Assembly (NCBI GenBank): GCA_050014195.1
Contig: JBEKDT010000007.1
Coordinates: 96,001-160,000, forward strand
Length of the DNA: 64,000 nt
Direction of reading: 5' to 3'
Source of the DNA: Desulfomonilia bacterium
GTDB lineage: Bacteria; Desulfobacterota; Desulfomonilia; UBA1062
The stretch's first letter is position 1. The number at the start of each line of letters is the position of its first letter. The notes beneath the pieces are model-generated. The model made no database searches. It was not told where the DNA came from and saw only the letters and a list, made by a program, of their open reading frames with translations. Of this stretch, positions 1 to 9,823 are shown piece after piece. A program made the translations under genes and the position numbers.

Positions 1-936
1 GAACCGGAAGAATTCATCTGTGATCTGATAAAGCCCCTTTTTGCTCTTAAGGGGTTTCTCTTCAGTCACGGGCAGCTCACGTTCAACGATTTTAAGGTCT
101 GCAAGAACTCCAAGATATTTATTTGCAACTGGCTGAGGGAGACCGGTTGCATTTACTATCTCTGAAAGCTTCCTCTTCCCCTGGGCAATCGCCTGAAGAA
201 GTGCGAAGTAATAACGTGGCTCACGGAGCTCCTCCCTCAATATGAATTCTACCTCGTCATAAAGGACCTCCCCTTTTTTCAACACGGAGTGTTTCAGATT
301 ATCTTCAAAGCCGATCTCATCATTGAAGTGAAGCCAGTATGCTGGTATCCCACCGGCTACTGAAAAGTGACATATCCTGTCTTCAAAGGACTTCCCTCGT
401 CTGAACAATTCCACCGAATTGAAGGGCATTGGGTCCACTCTCCATTGTCCGGTTCTTCTGCCATACAGTGGGGACTTATATCCCAGCACTTCATTCTCCA
501 TCATGGCAATGCTCGATCCAAGTAAGATGAGAAAAGAATTCCCATGAACCCAATACTCATCCATCGCCTTCTGAAAAAGGCTTGTTATTCCCGGATTCGA
601 AGAGATGAGATATGGGAATTCATCTATTGCGAGAATGAATCGTTTCTTTTTTGATTGAATGTATTGAAAGCATTCCTCCCAGGAAGAGAAGCCCCGGGTT
701 TCCAAGAGAGGCTCCTCGTAGAATTTACCAAGAGCCTGAGACAATCTTATAAGCTGCTCTTTCTCATTGGTGTTCTCGGACAGGTAGTATACATGAGGTT
801 TGTCCTTGATAAACTGTTTTACCAGTTCTGTCTTCCCTACCCTTCTCTTACCCCAGAGGACTATAAATTGAGCTTTCTTTGTCTTCCATTTATCCTCAAG
901 AAAGGAAAGCTCCTCATGTCTGTTGATGAAGGCCAT
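1..936 (-). CDS. Archaeal-type AAA ATPase (ATPase_2/DUF234-like), truncated by window edge
   Basis: Manual translation from ATG 936 (AGGAGG RBS upstream): MAFINRHEELSFL...LWGKRRVGKT (Walker A)...ILAIDEFPYL (Walker B)...LGSSIAMM...SPLYGRRT; frame stays open to position 1. Confidence 0.85.
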   Translation of the reverse strand, partial: MAFINRHEELSFLEDKWKTKKAQFIVLWGKRRVGKTELVKQFIKDKPHVYYLSENTNEKEQLIRLSQALGKFYEEPLLETRGFSSWEECFQYIQSKKKRFILAIDEFPYLISSNPGITSLFQKAMDEYWVHGNSFLILLGSSIAMMENEVLGYKSPLYGRRTGQWRVDPMPFNSVELFRRGKSFEDRICHFSVAGGIPAYWLHFNDEIGFEDNLKHSVLKKGEVLYDEVEFILREELREPRYYFALLQAIAQGKRKLSEIVNATGLPQPVANKYLGVLADLKIVERELPVTEEKPLKSKKGLYQITDEFFRF

Positions 937-956
937 ATTACCTCCTTAATGAACTT

Positions 957-980
957 ATGAGTATTATACTCATGAGTATA
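957..980. promoter_or_regulatory. Overlapping palindromes upstream of the ATPase gene (candidate operator)
   Basis: ATGAGTAT-T-ATACTCAT (957-973) overlaps the perfect 16-bp palindrome TATACTCATGAGTATA (965-980). Confidence 0.45.
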
Positions 981-1216
981 TTTATTACAAGGATTTATTT
1001 TGAAACGATCTCTTAAGTCAAAATACTGTTACCCCTTACCCATCTCATGATCTTGCTTGACTGAGATATGTCTACGAGATGATGTAGACAGTACAAGCCT
1101 TTATAAGGTTTTAAGAAAGAGATTTGAAAGAAAACAACAACTGGTTTGTAGTATTTAATAACATACTTAAAGATTATAGCGGAAAATGATAATAAATCAA
1201 GTGAGTTGAAGAGGAA

Positions 1217-2031
1217 AAGTATCCATTGATTGGTGTGAAAGTAACCGGGATTTGGTGGCTATCCCAGTTTTGGTGTCGAAAGTATCCCTGTTTTGGAGAA
1301 TTTCCAATAATAAATGAATAGCCCTGTAACTTAACATTATCATTGATATATTATTGCAATCTAAGAGCCCTTCCCTCTCTTGATGCTCTAAAAGTATCCC
1401 TATTTTGGTGAGGTTATGTATCCCTGATTTGGTGTCTCTACAAAAACAAAAGAATCTCTATATATTCTAGGCCACATGATTAACAATCTATGTGATATTA
1501 GCTTGTTATAATTTACTACTGAGATCCGGCCTCCTTTTGTTATGATCTTAAGTATCCCGGATTTGGAGTTGAAAGTATCCCTATTTTGGTGTCTCCGCGG
1601 CAATAGGAGCTTTCCTTATTGCAAAGTATCCCAGATTTGGTGCGGAGAAAGAGACGTTTATCCTCCTAGAGCTGCTTAAAAAGAGGTTCTCCTCTTTTGT
1701 AGCCAGCTTACTTATTGAATTAATTAATGATAATAATGAATACAAGCTAAAGTATCCCAGATTTGGTGTAGGGATTTATCTATCGTTGGGTCCATCTTCC
1801 ATGTTTATCCAAGAGGCTGCTGGTTTCCGTTAAGTATCAAAGTATCCCTGTTTTGGTGTGAAGGTGTACCCCTATCGACAATTTCTTCTGAAGGGAATTC
1901 CTGTAAGTATCCCATATTTGGTGTGGATGGTAAAGTATCCCTGTTTTGGTGTCACTCTTTGAAATCATCTCCTTCGCCTCATAATCATACATGAAGAAGG
2001 AATAATAATCGAAAGTATCCCACCTTTGGTG
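1217..2031 (+). repeat. Iteron array / replication origin: about 14 direct 19-bp repeats AAGTATCCCnnnTTTGGTG
   Basis: Copies start at 1217, 1239, 1257, 1280, 1392, 1416, 1550, 1573, 1624, 1750, 1840, 1905, 1933 and 2013; all in the same orientation, AT-rich flanks, directly upstream of a Rep_3-type initiator. Confidence 0.85.
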
Positions 2032-2086
2032 TCCCTAGCATACTTTCGATTGACGTGTATGGATTTATGATATAAATCATAACACT

Positions 2087-3394
2087 ATGAAAGCTGATAT
2101 TAAGGGCATGTTAACAAAATCATCTAATAAAAGCCCTATAGACACTAGTCTTGTCGTTAAGTCCAATAAGCTGATAGAAGCCAGATTTTCACTCGGAGTT
2201 ATCGAACAAAAGGTCGTTCTTGCATTCATCGCGATGATTAATTCTAACGATGCAAATTTTCAAGAGTACGAAATGGATGTCAGATCACTATGTAATATCA
2301 TGGGTGTTAAAGGAGAAAACTACTACCCCATAATTAAAGAGATGACCAAGGCCATCAGAGATAAGGGATTCACTATAAAAGAAGATGACGGCGATCTTCA
2401 GATTGGTTGGTTCTCTTCAATTAAGTACCACGACAAAAAAGGCAAGGTATCAGTTTCTTTTGACCCCAAGTTAAAGCCGTACTTATTAGATCTGAAAAAG
2501 GATTACACCAAATATAGGCTGTACAATGCCATTGTACTTAAGGGCAGCTACTCTATCAGGTTCTATGAGTTGCTTAAGCAGTATGAATTTTTAGGGGCAA
2601 GATCGATAGAGGTTGAAAAGCTCAAAGAGATACTAAGAATACCCACGAATAAGTATGCCAAGTATAACAGCTTCAAATTCAAAGTAATCAATAAAGCCAT
2701 AGCTGAGATAAACAAAAAAACAGACATAATGATAACCTACAAAGAAATACGGTCTGAACGCAAAGTACATAACCTGGAATTCACGATTGATTCCAACAAA
2801 GAGTTCTATGAGAAAAGAAAGTATGAAATGTTTATCTCTGTACCCGACGAGATAATCGAGATCATCCCTGAACAATACCGTGAAAGCGTCATAAGCCTTG
2901 TGGTTCAATACATAGACAAGAATGGCCCCGCATATGTTCAAAGAGCCATAGAATATACGAATCGTGTTGATTATCATGATTACCGCAAGTATTTGTACAC
3001 AGTTTTGAGTAAAAACCTTGCTAAAGATTGGGACCCGAAACAGCTCAATCTATTTTCAAAGCAAGGATTGAGAGATCATAAATTGCGGCTGAAAAGAGAA
3101 GCGGAGGAGATCGCCAGACAGAAGGCCCAAGAAGAGGTAAAGTTGCGAAACGAATTTTCAGCAAAGGCAACCAAGATAGCAAATGAGCGAATTGATATCT
3201 TGTCAGAGGAAGAACGAATGGAGTTAAGAGAGACCGTTTTGAAAAATAACCCTGAACTTAAAAAAGAAAAAGACATACAACAGTTTATGTACCTCCATTT
3301 AAAGGATGAAATTGAAAGAGAGCTTATTGAGCAAGTGATGACTAATCCTGAAAACGATGAGAGTATTTCAAACGGTTTACCCCCCCTACCCTAA
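2087..3394 (+). CDS. repA: Plasmid replication initiator (Rep_3 family) with charged C-terminal extension
   Basis: VVKSNKLIEARFSL..EQK, FDPKLKPYLLDLK, YSIRFYELLKQY and VINKAIAEIN motifs typical of Rep_3; iterons upstream. Confidence 0.9.
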   Translation: MKADIKGMLTKSSNKSPIDTSLVVKSNKLIEARFSLGVIEQKVVLAFIAMINSNDANFQEYEMDVRSLCNIMGVKGENYYPIIKEMTKAIRDKGFTIKEDDGDLQIGWFSSIKYHDKKGKVSVSFDPKLKPYLLDLKKDYTKYRLYNAIVLKGSYSIRFYELLKQYEFLGARSIEVEKLKEILRIPTNKYAKYNSFKFKVINKAIAEINKKTDIMITYKEIRSERKVHNLEFTIDSNKEFYEKRKYEMFISVPDEIIEIIPEQYRESVISLVVQYIDKNGPAYVQRAIEYTNRVDYHDYRKYLYTVLSKNLAKDWDPKQLNLFSKQGLRDHKLRLKREAEEIARQKAQEEVKLRNEFSAKATKIANERIDILSEEERMELRETVLKNNPELKKEKDIQQFMYLHLKDEIERELIEQVMTNPENDESISNGLPPLP

Positions 3395-3718
3395 CCCGTA
3401 TTCGATCAATAATTATCACCGATGCCGTTCCCTTTTCATGTGTATTGAGAGCAAGACAAATCATTTTTTCATGATCAATTCTATAAAGGCTTGACGAAAG
3501 CAGAATAATTACCTTACAGAGCATTCATGCTGTCTTGTTATAGAGTCATTCCCAGTGGAGATTTAAAGCAAAGACGAGCATTGACTCCCTCTCTGATAAT
3601 TTCGCATGATAAAATCGTGCGTTGCCTTCATATAAAAGATTCAATTTTCGAGAATCAAAACAACAGGGAATATCCCTGATGGCATTTATAAACTCTGGAG
3701 GATTAGAGGGGGTATGAA

Positions 3719-4546
3719 ATGGAATCAGCACAGGAAGGCCCAAAAATAATCGCAATCGCCAACAGGAAGGGCGGCTGCGGGAAAACGACAAGCTGTGTAA
3801 ATCTCGCATACGCCCTGGCAGAAGAAGGTTATAAAGTTCTCCTTATCGACTTGGACCCACAGGCAAATGCAACATCAGCCCTCGCACACGGCCTTAAAAA
3901 GTATAAATTAACCGTCCGTGAGTTTCTGGCAGGGAAGCTCGATGATAAAAAAATAAGCTACAAAGAAGTTGTCCTTGAAAGAGGAAACACTCTAAAGGTC
4001 CTCCCAGCCAAAGACAATCTTGCAAACATGGAAGACCTTTTTGCTGTAGCGAAACACACGAAAGGGATAAATCCGAACGTCTACCTTCGTCAGAGAATCA
4101 AACAGATAGATGATAAATTTGATTTTATTCTCATCGATTGTCCTCCTGGTGAAGGCTATCTTCTGAAGAATGCGCTTGTAGCTGCGCATGGTGTCATTAT
4201 TCCCGGTAATCCTGATATTGCTGCTATCGAAGGCGGTATGAAGATCATGAAGATAATCGATGATGAAATCAGATCACAAAATCCACATCTGAAAATGCTC
4301 GGTTTTCTCGTTGTGGATTATGGCAGCAGATTTATTATTGACAGATTTTTCTTAGGTCATCTGGAGAGACAGTTCTCGGGGCGCATCCTGAAAACAAAAA
4401 TACGTCACGACAAAAAGGTGGCGGAAGCATATTCCCAGGGGATGTCATTGTTTGAATATAAAAGATATTCCAACGCAGCTCAGGACTATGAGGCGTTGGC
4501 TAAAGAAATCATTGATATCCATGGAATGAATGGGAAAGGAAAGTAA
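3719..4546 (+). CDS. parA: ParA/Soj partition ATPase
   Basis: Deviant Walker A NRKGGCGKTT, LIDLDPQANAT, DFILIDCPP. Confidence 0.95.
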   Translation: MESAQEGPKIIAIANRKGGCGKTTSCVNLAYALAEEGYKVLLIDLDPQANATSALAHGLKKYKLTVREFLAGKLDDKKISYKEVVLERGNTLKVLPAKDNLANMEDLFAVAKHTKGINPNVYLRQRIKQIDDKFDFILIDCPPGEGYLLKNALVAAHGVIIPGNPDIAAIEGGMKIMKIIDDEIRSQNPHLKMLGFLVVDYGSRFIIDRFFLGHLERQFSGRILKTKIRHDKKVAEAYSQGMSLFEYKRYSNAAQDYEALAKEIIDIHGMNGKGK

Positions 4547-4548
4547 AA

Positions 4549-5445
4549 ATGGCCAAACTCTCTGACAAGAACGTATTAGAAAAGTATAGCCTCGTGGGTG
4601 ATGCGGTTGAAGACATTATGCTGGAAGGAAGCACCGGTGGAGCGCCAAAGACACATATTGTATCTGTTGGCATCAACATGATCGAAGCAGACCCTAGCCA
4701 ACCTCGCAAAACATTCGACCAGAAGGCACTCAAGGAGCTTGCCGAATCCATAAAAAGCGACGGACTCTTACAACCTATCCTGGTGAGAGTCAAGCCCCAG
4801 GATGATGGTTACCTGATTATTGCCGGAGAGAGAAGACATAGGGCTAGCATACTTGCAGGACTTGAATCAGTTCCTTGCATAGTGAAAGACATAAGTGACG
4901 AGGATGCTTTTAAGCTCAGCCTCATTGAGAATCTGCAACGTGAAGATCTTAACGCTATCGAAGAAGCCGAAGGGTACAAGAGGCTAAAGGATGAGTTTGG
5001 GATGACTCAGGAAGAGATAGCAAATACTATTAAGAAAACTCAGTCAATGGTAGCAAAAATAATGACGATAAATCGGCTCCCAGAGGTGATTAAGGAAAAA
5101 TATGACCCGGGTCATATTAGCAGGAAACATCTTATTGAATTGGCAAAGGCAGATCATGTATCCGATGAAGATAAAGCCCTCCTGGTCGCAGATATCTATA
5201 AAGACAAACTCACTGTGACACAGCTCATTGATAAGATTAATAAAATGAAAGAGCAGGGTAGGGGGCGTCCAAAGAAAGACCCTGTTTATGTAGTATTGCG
5301 GATGAAAACAGTATCTTATATAAAATCTCTGGCCAAGCTATCAGCAGTTGATCCCAAAAAGATTCCGGTAGACGAAAAGGTAAAACTGAAGAACGAGCTC
5401 AATGAGATAGTTCAGACAGCAACCAGTTTGATAGAAAGGCTCTAG
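4549..5445 (+). CDS. parB: ParB/Spo0J partition protein
   Basis: QPRKTF, GLLQPILV, IIAGERRHRA, ENLQREDL and an HTH; starts 2 bp after parA. Confidence 0.95.
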   Translation: MAKLSDKNVLEKYSLVGDAVEDIMLEGSTGGAPKTHIVSVGINMIEADPSQPRKTFDQKALKELAESIKSDGLLQPILVRVKPQDDGYLIIAGERRHRASILAGLESVPCIVKDISDEDAFKLSLIENLQREDLNAIEEAEGYKRLKDEFGMTQEEIANTIKKTQSMVAKIMTINRLPEVIKEKYDPGHISRKHLIELAKADHVSDEDKALLVADIYKDKLTVTQLIDKINKMKEQGRGRPKKDPVYVVLRMKTVSYIKSLAKLSAVDPKKIPVDEKVKLKNELNEIVQTATSLIERL

Positions 5446-5467
5446 GCTGTTAAAAGACATGGGGGAA

Positions 5468-5527
5468 CGGGGGCGAAGCCCCCGCGGGCCGGTCAAAAAT
5501 TAAAGGGTAGGGGGGTTACCCCTGCCC
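5468..5527. terminator. Double GC hairpin between convergent parB and ardC
   Basis: CGGGGGC-GAA-GCCCCCG (5468-5484) and GGGTAGGGG-GGTTA-CCCCTGCCC (5505-5527). Confidence 0.5.
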
Positions 5528-6397
5528 GTCCTTATCATCGTGGACCTCATCATCTTGCTGGCCGATGATGTGATTGACTGCCTTCTGTGCCTGGGCTGCA
5601 GCCAGGACAACAAGTCTTGAGTCCTTGCTGATCGTGTCCCTCCATCCCTGGATATATGCCGCTGAGTTCTCAATGGTGGCGTGGGCAATGCCGGTGATAC
5701 CGCACAGATAGGCAGCTCCCATCTCGGCTATGAGTTCTTCACGGGCGTAGTTCTTCGATCCGAAAGATGCAGATGTCGTGAGTGTTTCACGGTTAAGCCG
5801 GGAAGCTGTGCCTGTGGCATGGGTAAGCTCATGGTAGAGTGTGCTGAAATACTCTTCCTGGTTCACGAATGCGGCCTTGTTCGGCATCTTCACCAGGTCT
5901 TCAATAGGGTTGTAGCAGGCCTTGATAAACCCATGCTTTATCTCAGGTCTTCCCTGGAAGCCATTCACTATGGACTCGGCCTCTGTAATGGGGTCGGATT
6001 GAGACTCTTCCGTCTGCTCAGGGCTGGTTATTCCTTCGCACTGAAGGGCATTGAATACCCGGTAGTATTTCAAGAAAGGTATATTTTTCTTTTCCATCGC
6101 TCCTGTTACAGCGTTGAGCTCATCTACTTCCTTGAAGTTCCAGAAAACCACGATAGAGCTTTTCTCTCCCTTCTTGATATTTCCCCCGAGTGTCTTTGCT
6201 TGGTTGAACGTGAGCCAGTAAGGTGATGAATAGCTGGAAGCAAGGAGCAACCATACATTGATCCCTCGATACTTCTTGCCGGTCACCAGGTTACGGGGAA
6301 GCCGAATCTTGCTGGTCCAGGGTTTTCTCCAGGGGATGACACCATTGCCCAGGTGCGTCAGGATTTGTTCGGTCACGATCTCGAATACGTTTGCCAT
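5516..6397 (-). CDS. ardC: ArdC-family ssDNA-binding antirestriction protein
   Basis: PWRKPW, YRGINVWLL, WLTFNQA, YYRVFN, HELTHATG (HExxH), YAREELIAE. Confidence 0.92.
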   Translation of the reverse strand: MANVFEIVTEQILTHLGNGVIPWRKPWTSKIRLPRNLVTGKKYRGINVWLLLASSYSSPYWLTFNQAKTLGGNIKKGEKSSIVVFWNFKEVDELNAVTGAMEKKNIPFLKYYRVFNALQCEGITSPEQTEESQSDPITEAESIVNGFQGRPEIKHGFIKACYNPIEDLVKMPNKAAFVNQEEYFSTLYHELTHATGTASRLNRETLTTSASFGSKNYAREELIAEMGAAYLCGITGIAHATIENSAAYIQGWRDTISKDSRLVVLAAAQAQKAVNHIIGQQDDEVHDDKDGQG

Positions 6398-6414
6398 TAG
6401 TCTTTCCCTCCTCT

Positions 6415-6580
6415 AAAAATCAATTTTTTTTCAACCCGTTCACTCCTGACTCATGGGTTGAGAAAAAATCGGAGATAAAAGACCGCGAAGCACCCTTATA
6501 GGGAGCCCCTGGAACGTTGCAAGCATCGTGACAACTGGTTCTTTGTTGGCGCGATGCTTATAAAGCGAGTGGAAGGGCTG
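6415..6580. repeat. Conserved structured upstream element, copy 1 (upstream of ardC)
   Basis: T-run/AACCC..TTCAC..GGGTT/A-run hairpin, TGCAAGC..GTGACAAC-loop-GTTGGC and GCGAGTGGAAGGG blocks shared with 28859-29030 and 29638-29810. Confidence 0.7.
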
Positions 6581-6752
6581 GATGAATTAATGGATAAATG
6601 AACTAACCCGTAGCAAGCTTCAGGCGTCTAAACCAAAATGAGAGAAAATAAAATTCATGCAGAGGGATTGATCCCTTTATCAATAATGCAATTTACGCGC
6701 ATAATAACAGTATAATATGAATTATATAGCATATATAAATTAATAATATGCG

Positions 6753-6781
6753 TTGACAATGGATTTGAAACAGTTTACTTT
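6753..6781 (+). promoter_or_regulatory. Sigma70-type promoter of the trb operon
   Basis: TTGACA (6753-6758), 17 bp, TACTTT (6776-6781), then GAGGAGG RBS before trbC. Confidence 0.6.
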
Positions 6782-6813
6782 TTTAACATCTCCACAAGGA
6801 ATGAGGAGGCTTT

Positions 6814-7116
6814 ATGAAATGTCGCTTGTTGGCGATTACACTTGTTGCTTTTCTGGCCCCATCCATGCTGTTAGCCGCAGGAAGCGGTATGCCCTGGGAA
6901 GGACCTCTCGATCAAATCCTGAATTCTCTCACAGGCCCCTGGCTTCGGTTTGGAAGCGTTGTGGCGATTATGGCCGTTGGCTTCATGCTGGCCTTCGGAG
7001 AGACCGGAGGGATATTGAAGAGGGCACTGCAGGCAGTGCTCGGTCTTTCTGTGGCTTGCGCCGCAACCGGGTGGGGGCTTTCATTCTTCGGGTTCAACGG
7101 GGGCTTGGGATTCTGA
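6814..7116 (+). CDS. trbC: Pilin TrbC (VirB2)
   Basis: Signal peptide, GSGMPWEGPL motif, two hydrophobic helices; first gene of the trb operon. Confidence 0.9.
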   Translation: MKCRLLAITLVAFLAPSMLLAAGSGMPWEGPLDQILNSLTGPWLRFGSVVAIMAVGFMLAFGETGGILKRALQAVLGLSVACAATGWGLSFFGFNGGLGF

Positions 7117-7120
7117 AGTC

Positions 7121-7360
7121 ATGAAGATCCCAATCCACCGAGGTCTCATTGAAAGGAACATGATTGCCGGAGTGCCCCGGACAGTAGCGATCCTGGGGGG
7201 AACGTTAGGCGGCGCTCTGGTGCTGGGCATGCAGAATGCCTGGATGATACTGGTTCTTATACCCATTTATGTTATAATTGTTTTGCTATACAGATCAGAT
7301 CCATACCTCCTTGAAATATTGGTCTCTCATGTCAATGAAGACGACTACTTAGAGCCATAG
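7121..7360 (+). CDS. trbD: TrbD (VirB3)
   Basis: IPIHRGL..MIAGVPR..DPY motif, two TM segments, located between trbC and trbE. Confidence 0.85.
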   Translation: MKIPIHRGLIERNMIAGVPRTVAILGGTLGGALVLGMQNAWMILVLIPIYVIIVLLYRSDPYLLEILVSHVNEDDYLEP

Positions 7361-7420
7361 CTTTTAAAGCTATAGCGACAGCTTTGTTTACTGCCCATGG
7401 ATTGGGCGGGGGAGGTAGTG

Positions 7421-9823
7421 GTGCTGCATCTTAAGGAGTACAGAGAAACACCGAACAAACTGGCTCACAGGCTTCCCTGGGCGATGCTCATGGCTCCCGG
7501 AGTAGTCCTCAATAAGACAGGCTCCTTTCAGGCAACAATCATATTCAATGGCTCGGATCTTTACTCTTCGACAGAAGAGGAGCTCGATGCGGTCGCCGCA
7601 CAGGTAAACAACGCATTGATGCGCCTTCCTTCACCTTGGGCTTACTTCATTGAGGTTCAAAGACGGAAGTATAACTATTACCCTTATTCCGAGTTTCCGA
7701 ATCCGGCAAGCTGCCTGGTGGATGATGAGCGGAAGCGGATCTTCCTTGAGGACGGACACCATTTCACAAGCACGTACTACCTGACCTTCACGTACATGGC
7801 ACCCTCGGAACAATCCCAGAAGATTATTAACAAGTTCATAGATCAGCAGAAGATAGATTACACCAAGCACCTGGAATACTTCCAGGATGAGGTAAGGAAG
7901 ATCGTCGATATCCTGAAAACCATCTTCCCCTATGTAGAATATCTCGATGACGATGCGACACTCACCTATCTCCACTCCTGCATTTCAACCAAGCATCATC
8001 CGGTGAAGACACCGAAGACACCTGTCTTTCTGGATTATCTTCTTCCTGACGAACTCCTGATAGGAGGCTTTCAGCCCAAGCTCGGTGAATCATTTCTCAA
8101 GGTCATTTCAATCGATGGGTTTCCCTTGGAGTCCGATCCTCAAGTGTTGAAAGATCTGGATGGACTCGGGTGTGAATACCGCTGGTCTACACGGTTCATA
8201 TGCCTGTCAAAGAATGAGGCCATCAGCGAACTGAAAAAGTATTCAAAACAGTGGTTCTCCAAGAAGCGCTCATTGTGGAGCCTGGTGAAGATGTCCTTCA
8301 TGAATGAGATCGACGACGGCAAGGAAGATACTGATGCAGTGAATAAATCCTACGATTGCGATGCGGTTGCCGAAATGGTCGCGGGAGGGCTGGTATCTGC
8401 CGGATACTATACCTCCTGCATTGTCCTGTGGGACAATGACATCGATGCATTACATGAAAAAGTAAGCAGTGTTGAGCAGATCATCAACTCCGCAGGGTTT
8501 GTTACCAGGAACGAGTCATTAAATGTCGTTCAGGCATGGTTCGGTACGTTGCCTGGTCATTGTTGGGCCAATATAAGAAGGCCTCTTATCCATTCGCTTA
8601 ATCTCACTCACCTCATTCCCATCTCTTCAGACTGGGCAGGCCCGGAGAGGAACAAACACTTGAACGGCCCGCCGCTTTTCTATGCAAAGACATCGAGCAA
8701 TACTCCGTTCAGATATTCAACGCATGTTGGGGATGTGGGACATACGATGATCGTAGGTCCGACAGGTGCCGGCAAATCCGCCTTGTTATCGTTTATGGCC
8801 ATGCAATTTCAGAGATATAAAAACGCACAGAATTACATATTCGACAAGGACCGTTCCGCCCGGATCACGACCCTGCTTGCGGAAGGAGATCACTACGACC
8901 TGGGAGAGAATTCCGCCCTGGCATTCCAGCCTCTGTCCAATATCGATAACGAGAGCGAGAGGTCCTGGGCACTGGAGTGGATCACGGAGATCCTGGCCCA
9001 GGAAAACATATTGGTTACGCCAAAGATAAGGAATGAGCTCTGGGAGGCCCTGACAAATCTCTCTACGTCTCCCATGAGACAAAGGACCATCACGGGACTT
9101 GTCACCCTGGTGCAGAACAACGAGATCCGGGAGGCGCTCTACCTGTACACCCTTTCAGGGTCATATGGGCATCTCTTAGACGCTGAGAGCGATACGCTCA
9201 ATTATGGAAGAGTTCAATGTTTCGAGATGAATCACCTTATGGCCTACTTACCTAAGGCAGTTCCGCCGGTGCTGTCCTACCTGTTCCATCGTCTTGACCA
9301 AAGGTTCACCGGAGATCCGACACTGCTCCTGCTCGATGAGTCCTGGCTCTTCCTGTCTCATCCGATATTTTCAAACAAGATTCGTGACTGGCTCAAGACG
9401 CTTCGTAAAGCCAACGTGGCAGTCGTGTTTTCCACGCAGTCGCTGGCTGATATGGTTCAGAGCCCCATTTTCAGCACCTTGAACGAGTCGTGTCCCACAA
9501 GGATATTCCTGCCGAACCGCAAGGCATTTGAGCCCGAGATATGTGAGCAGTACAAGCGTTTCGGGCTGAATCACCGCCAGATCGAGATCATAGCCACCTC
9601 CATGCCCAAGAGGCAGTATTACTGCCAGTCCGACGCAGGAAACAGACTGTTCGATCTGGAGCTTGATCCTCTTTCACTCGCGATATGTGCTTCAAGCTCT
9701 AAGGAGGACCACAGGCTTATGGATGATTTGCTGGAAGAAGGGAAAGAAGACCTTTTGAACAGATGGCTGGACCTAAAAATGGGGACAAAGGAGGGGAAGC
9801 AATGCGCAAGCGCCGCTTCATAA
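7421..9823 (+). CDS. trbE: TrbE (VirB4) ATPase
   Basis: LPWA, GHTMIVGPTGAGKS, FDKDRS, LLDESW, WLKTLRK, STQS; GTG start after GGAGG (ORF track starts at 7397). Confidence 0.95.
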   Translation: MLHLKEYRETPNKLAHRLPWAMLMAPGVVLNKTGSFQATIIFNGSDLYSSTEEELDAVAAQVNNALMRLPSPWAYFIEVQRRKYNYYPYSEFPNPASCLVDDERKRIFLEDGHHFTSTYYLTFTYMAPSEQSQKIINKFIDQQKIDYTKHLEYFQDEVRKIVDILKTIFPYVEYLDDDATLTYLHSCISTKHHPVKTPKTPVFLDYLLPDELLIGGFQPKLGESFLKVISIDGFPLESDPQVLKDLDGLGCEYRWSTRFICLSKNEAISELKKYSKQWFSKKRSLWSLVKMSFMNEIDDGKEDTDAVNKSYDCDAVAEMVAGGLVSAGYYTSCIVLWDNDIDALHEKVSSVEQIINSAGFVTRNESLNVVQAWFGTLPGHCWANIRRPLIHSLNLTHLIPISSDWAGPERNKHLNGPPLFYAKTSSNTPFRYSTHVGDVGHTMIVGPTGAGKSALLSFMAMQFQRYKNAQNYIFDKDRSARITTLLAEGDHYDLGENSALAFQPLSNIDNESERSWALEWITEILAQENILVTPKIRNELWEALTNLSTSPMRQRTITGLVTLVQNNEIREALYLYTLSGSYGHLLDAESDTLNYGRVQCFEMNHLMAYLPKAVPPVLSYLFHRLDQRFTGDPTLLLLDESWLFLSHPIFSNKIRDWLKTLRKANVAVVFSTQSLADMVQSPIFSTLNESCPTRIFLPNRKAFEPEICEQYKRFGLNHRQIEIIATSMPKRQYYCQSDAGNRLFDLELDPLSLAICASSSKEDHRLMDDLLEEGKEDLLNRWLDLKMGTKEGKQCASAAS

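Noticed and set aside
655-960. Plus-strand 101-aa ORF
   Set aside because: It is the shadow of the minus-strand ATPase gene, which has clear Walker motifs and an RBS
1217-2031. Repeat array as a CRISPR array
   Set aside because: Repeats are 19 bp, non-palindromic and irregularly spaced (from abutting to over 100 bp apart); no cas genes; the position upstream of rep fits iterons
3600-3680. Palindromes between repA and parA as parS
   Set aside because: CGCATGAT-AAA-ATCGTGCG and CAGGGA-ATA-TCCCTG are single, dissimilar sites; not enough evidence to call a centromere
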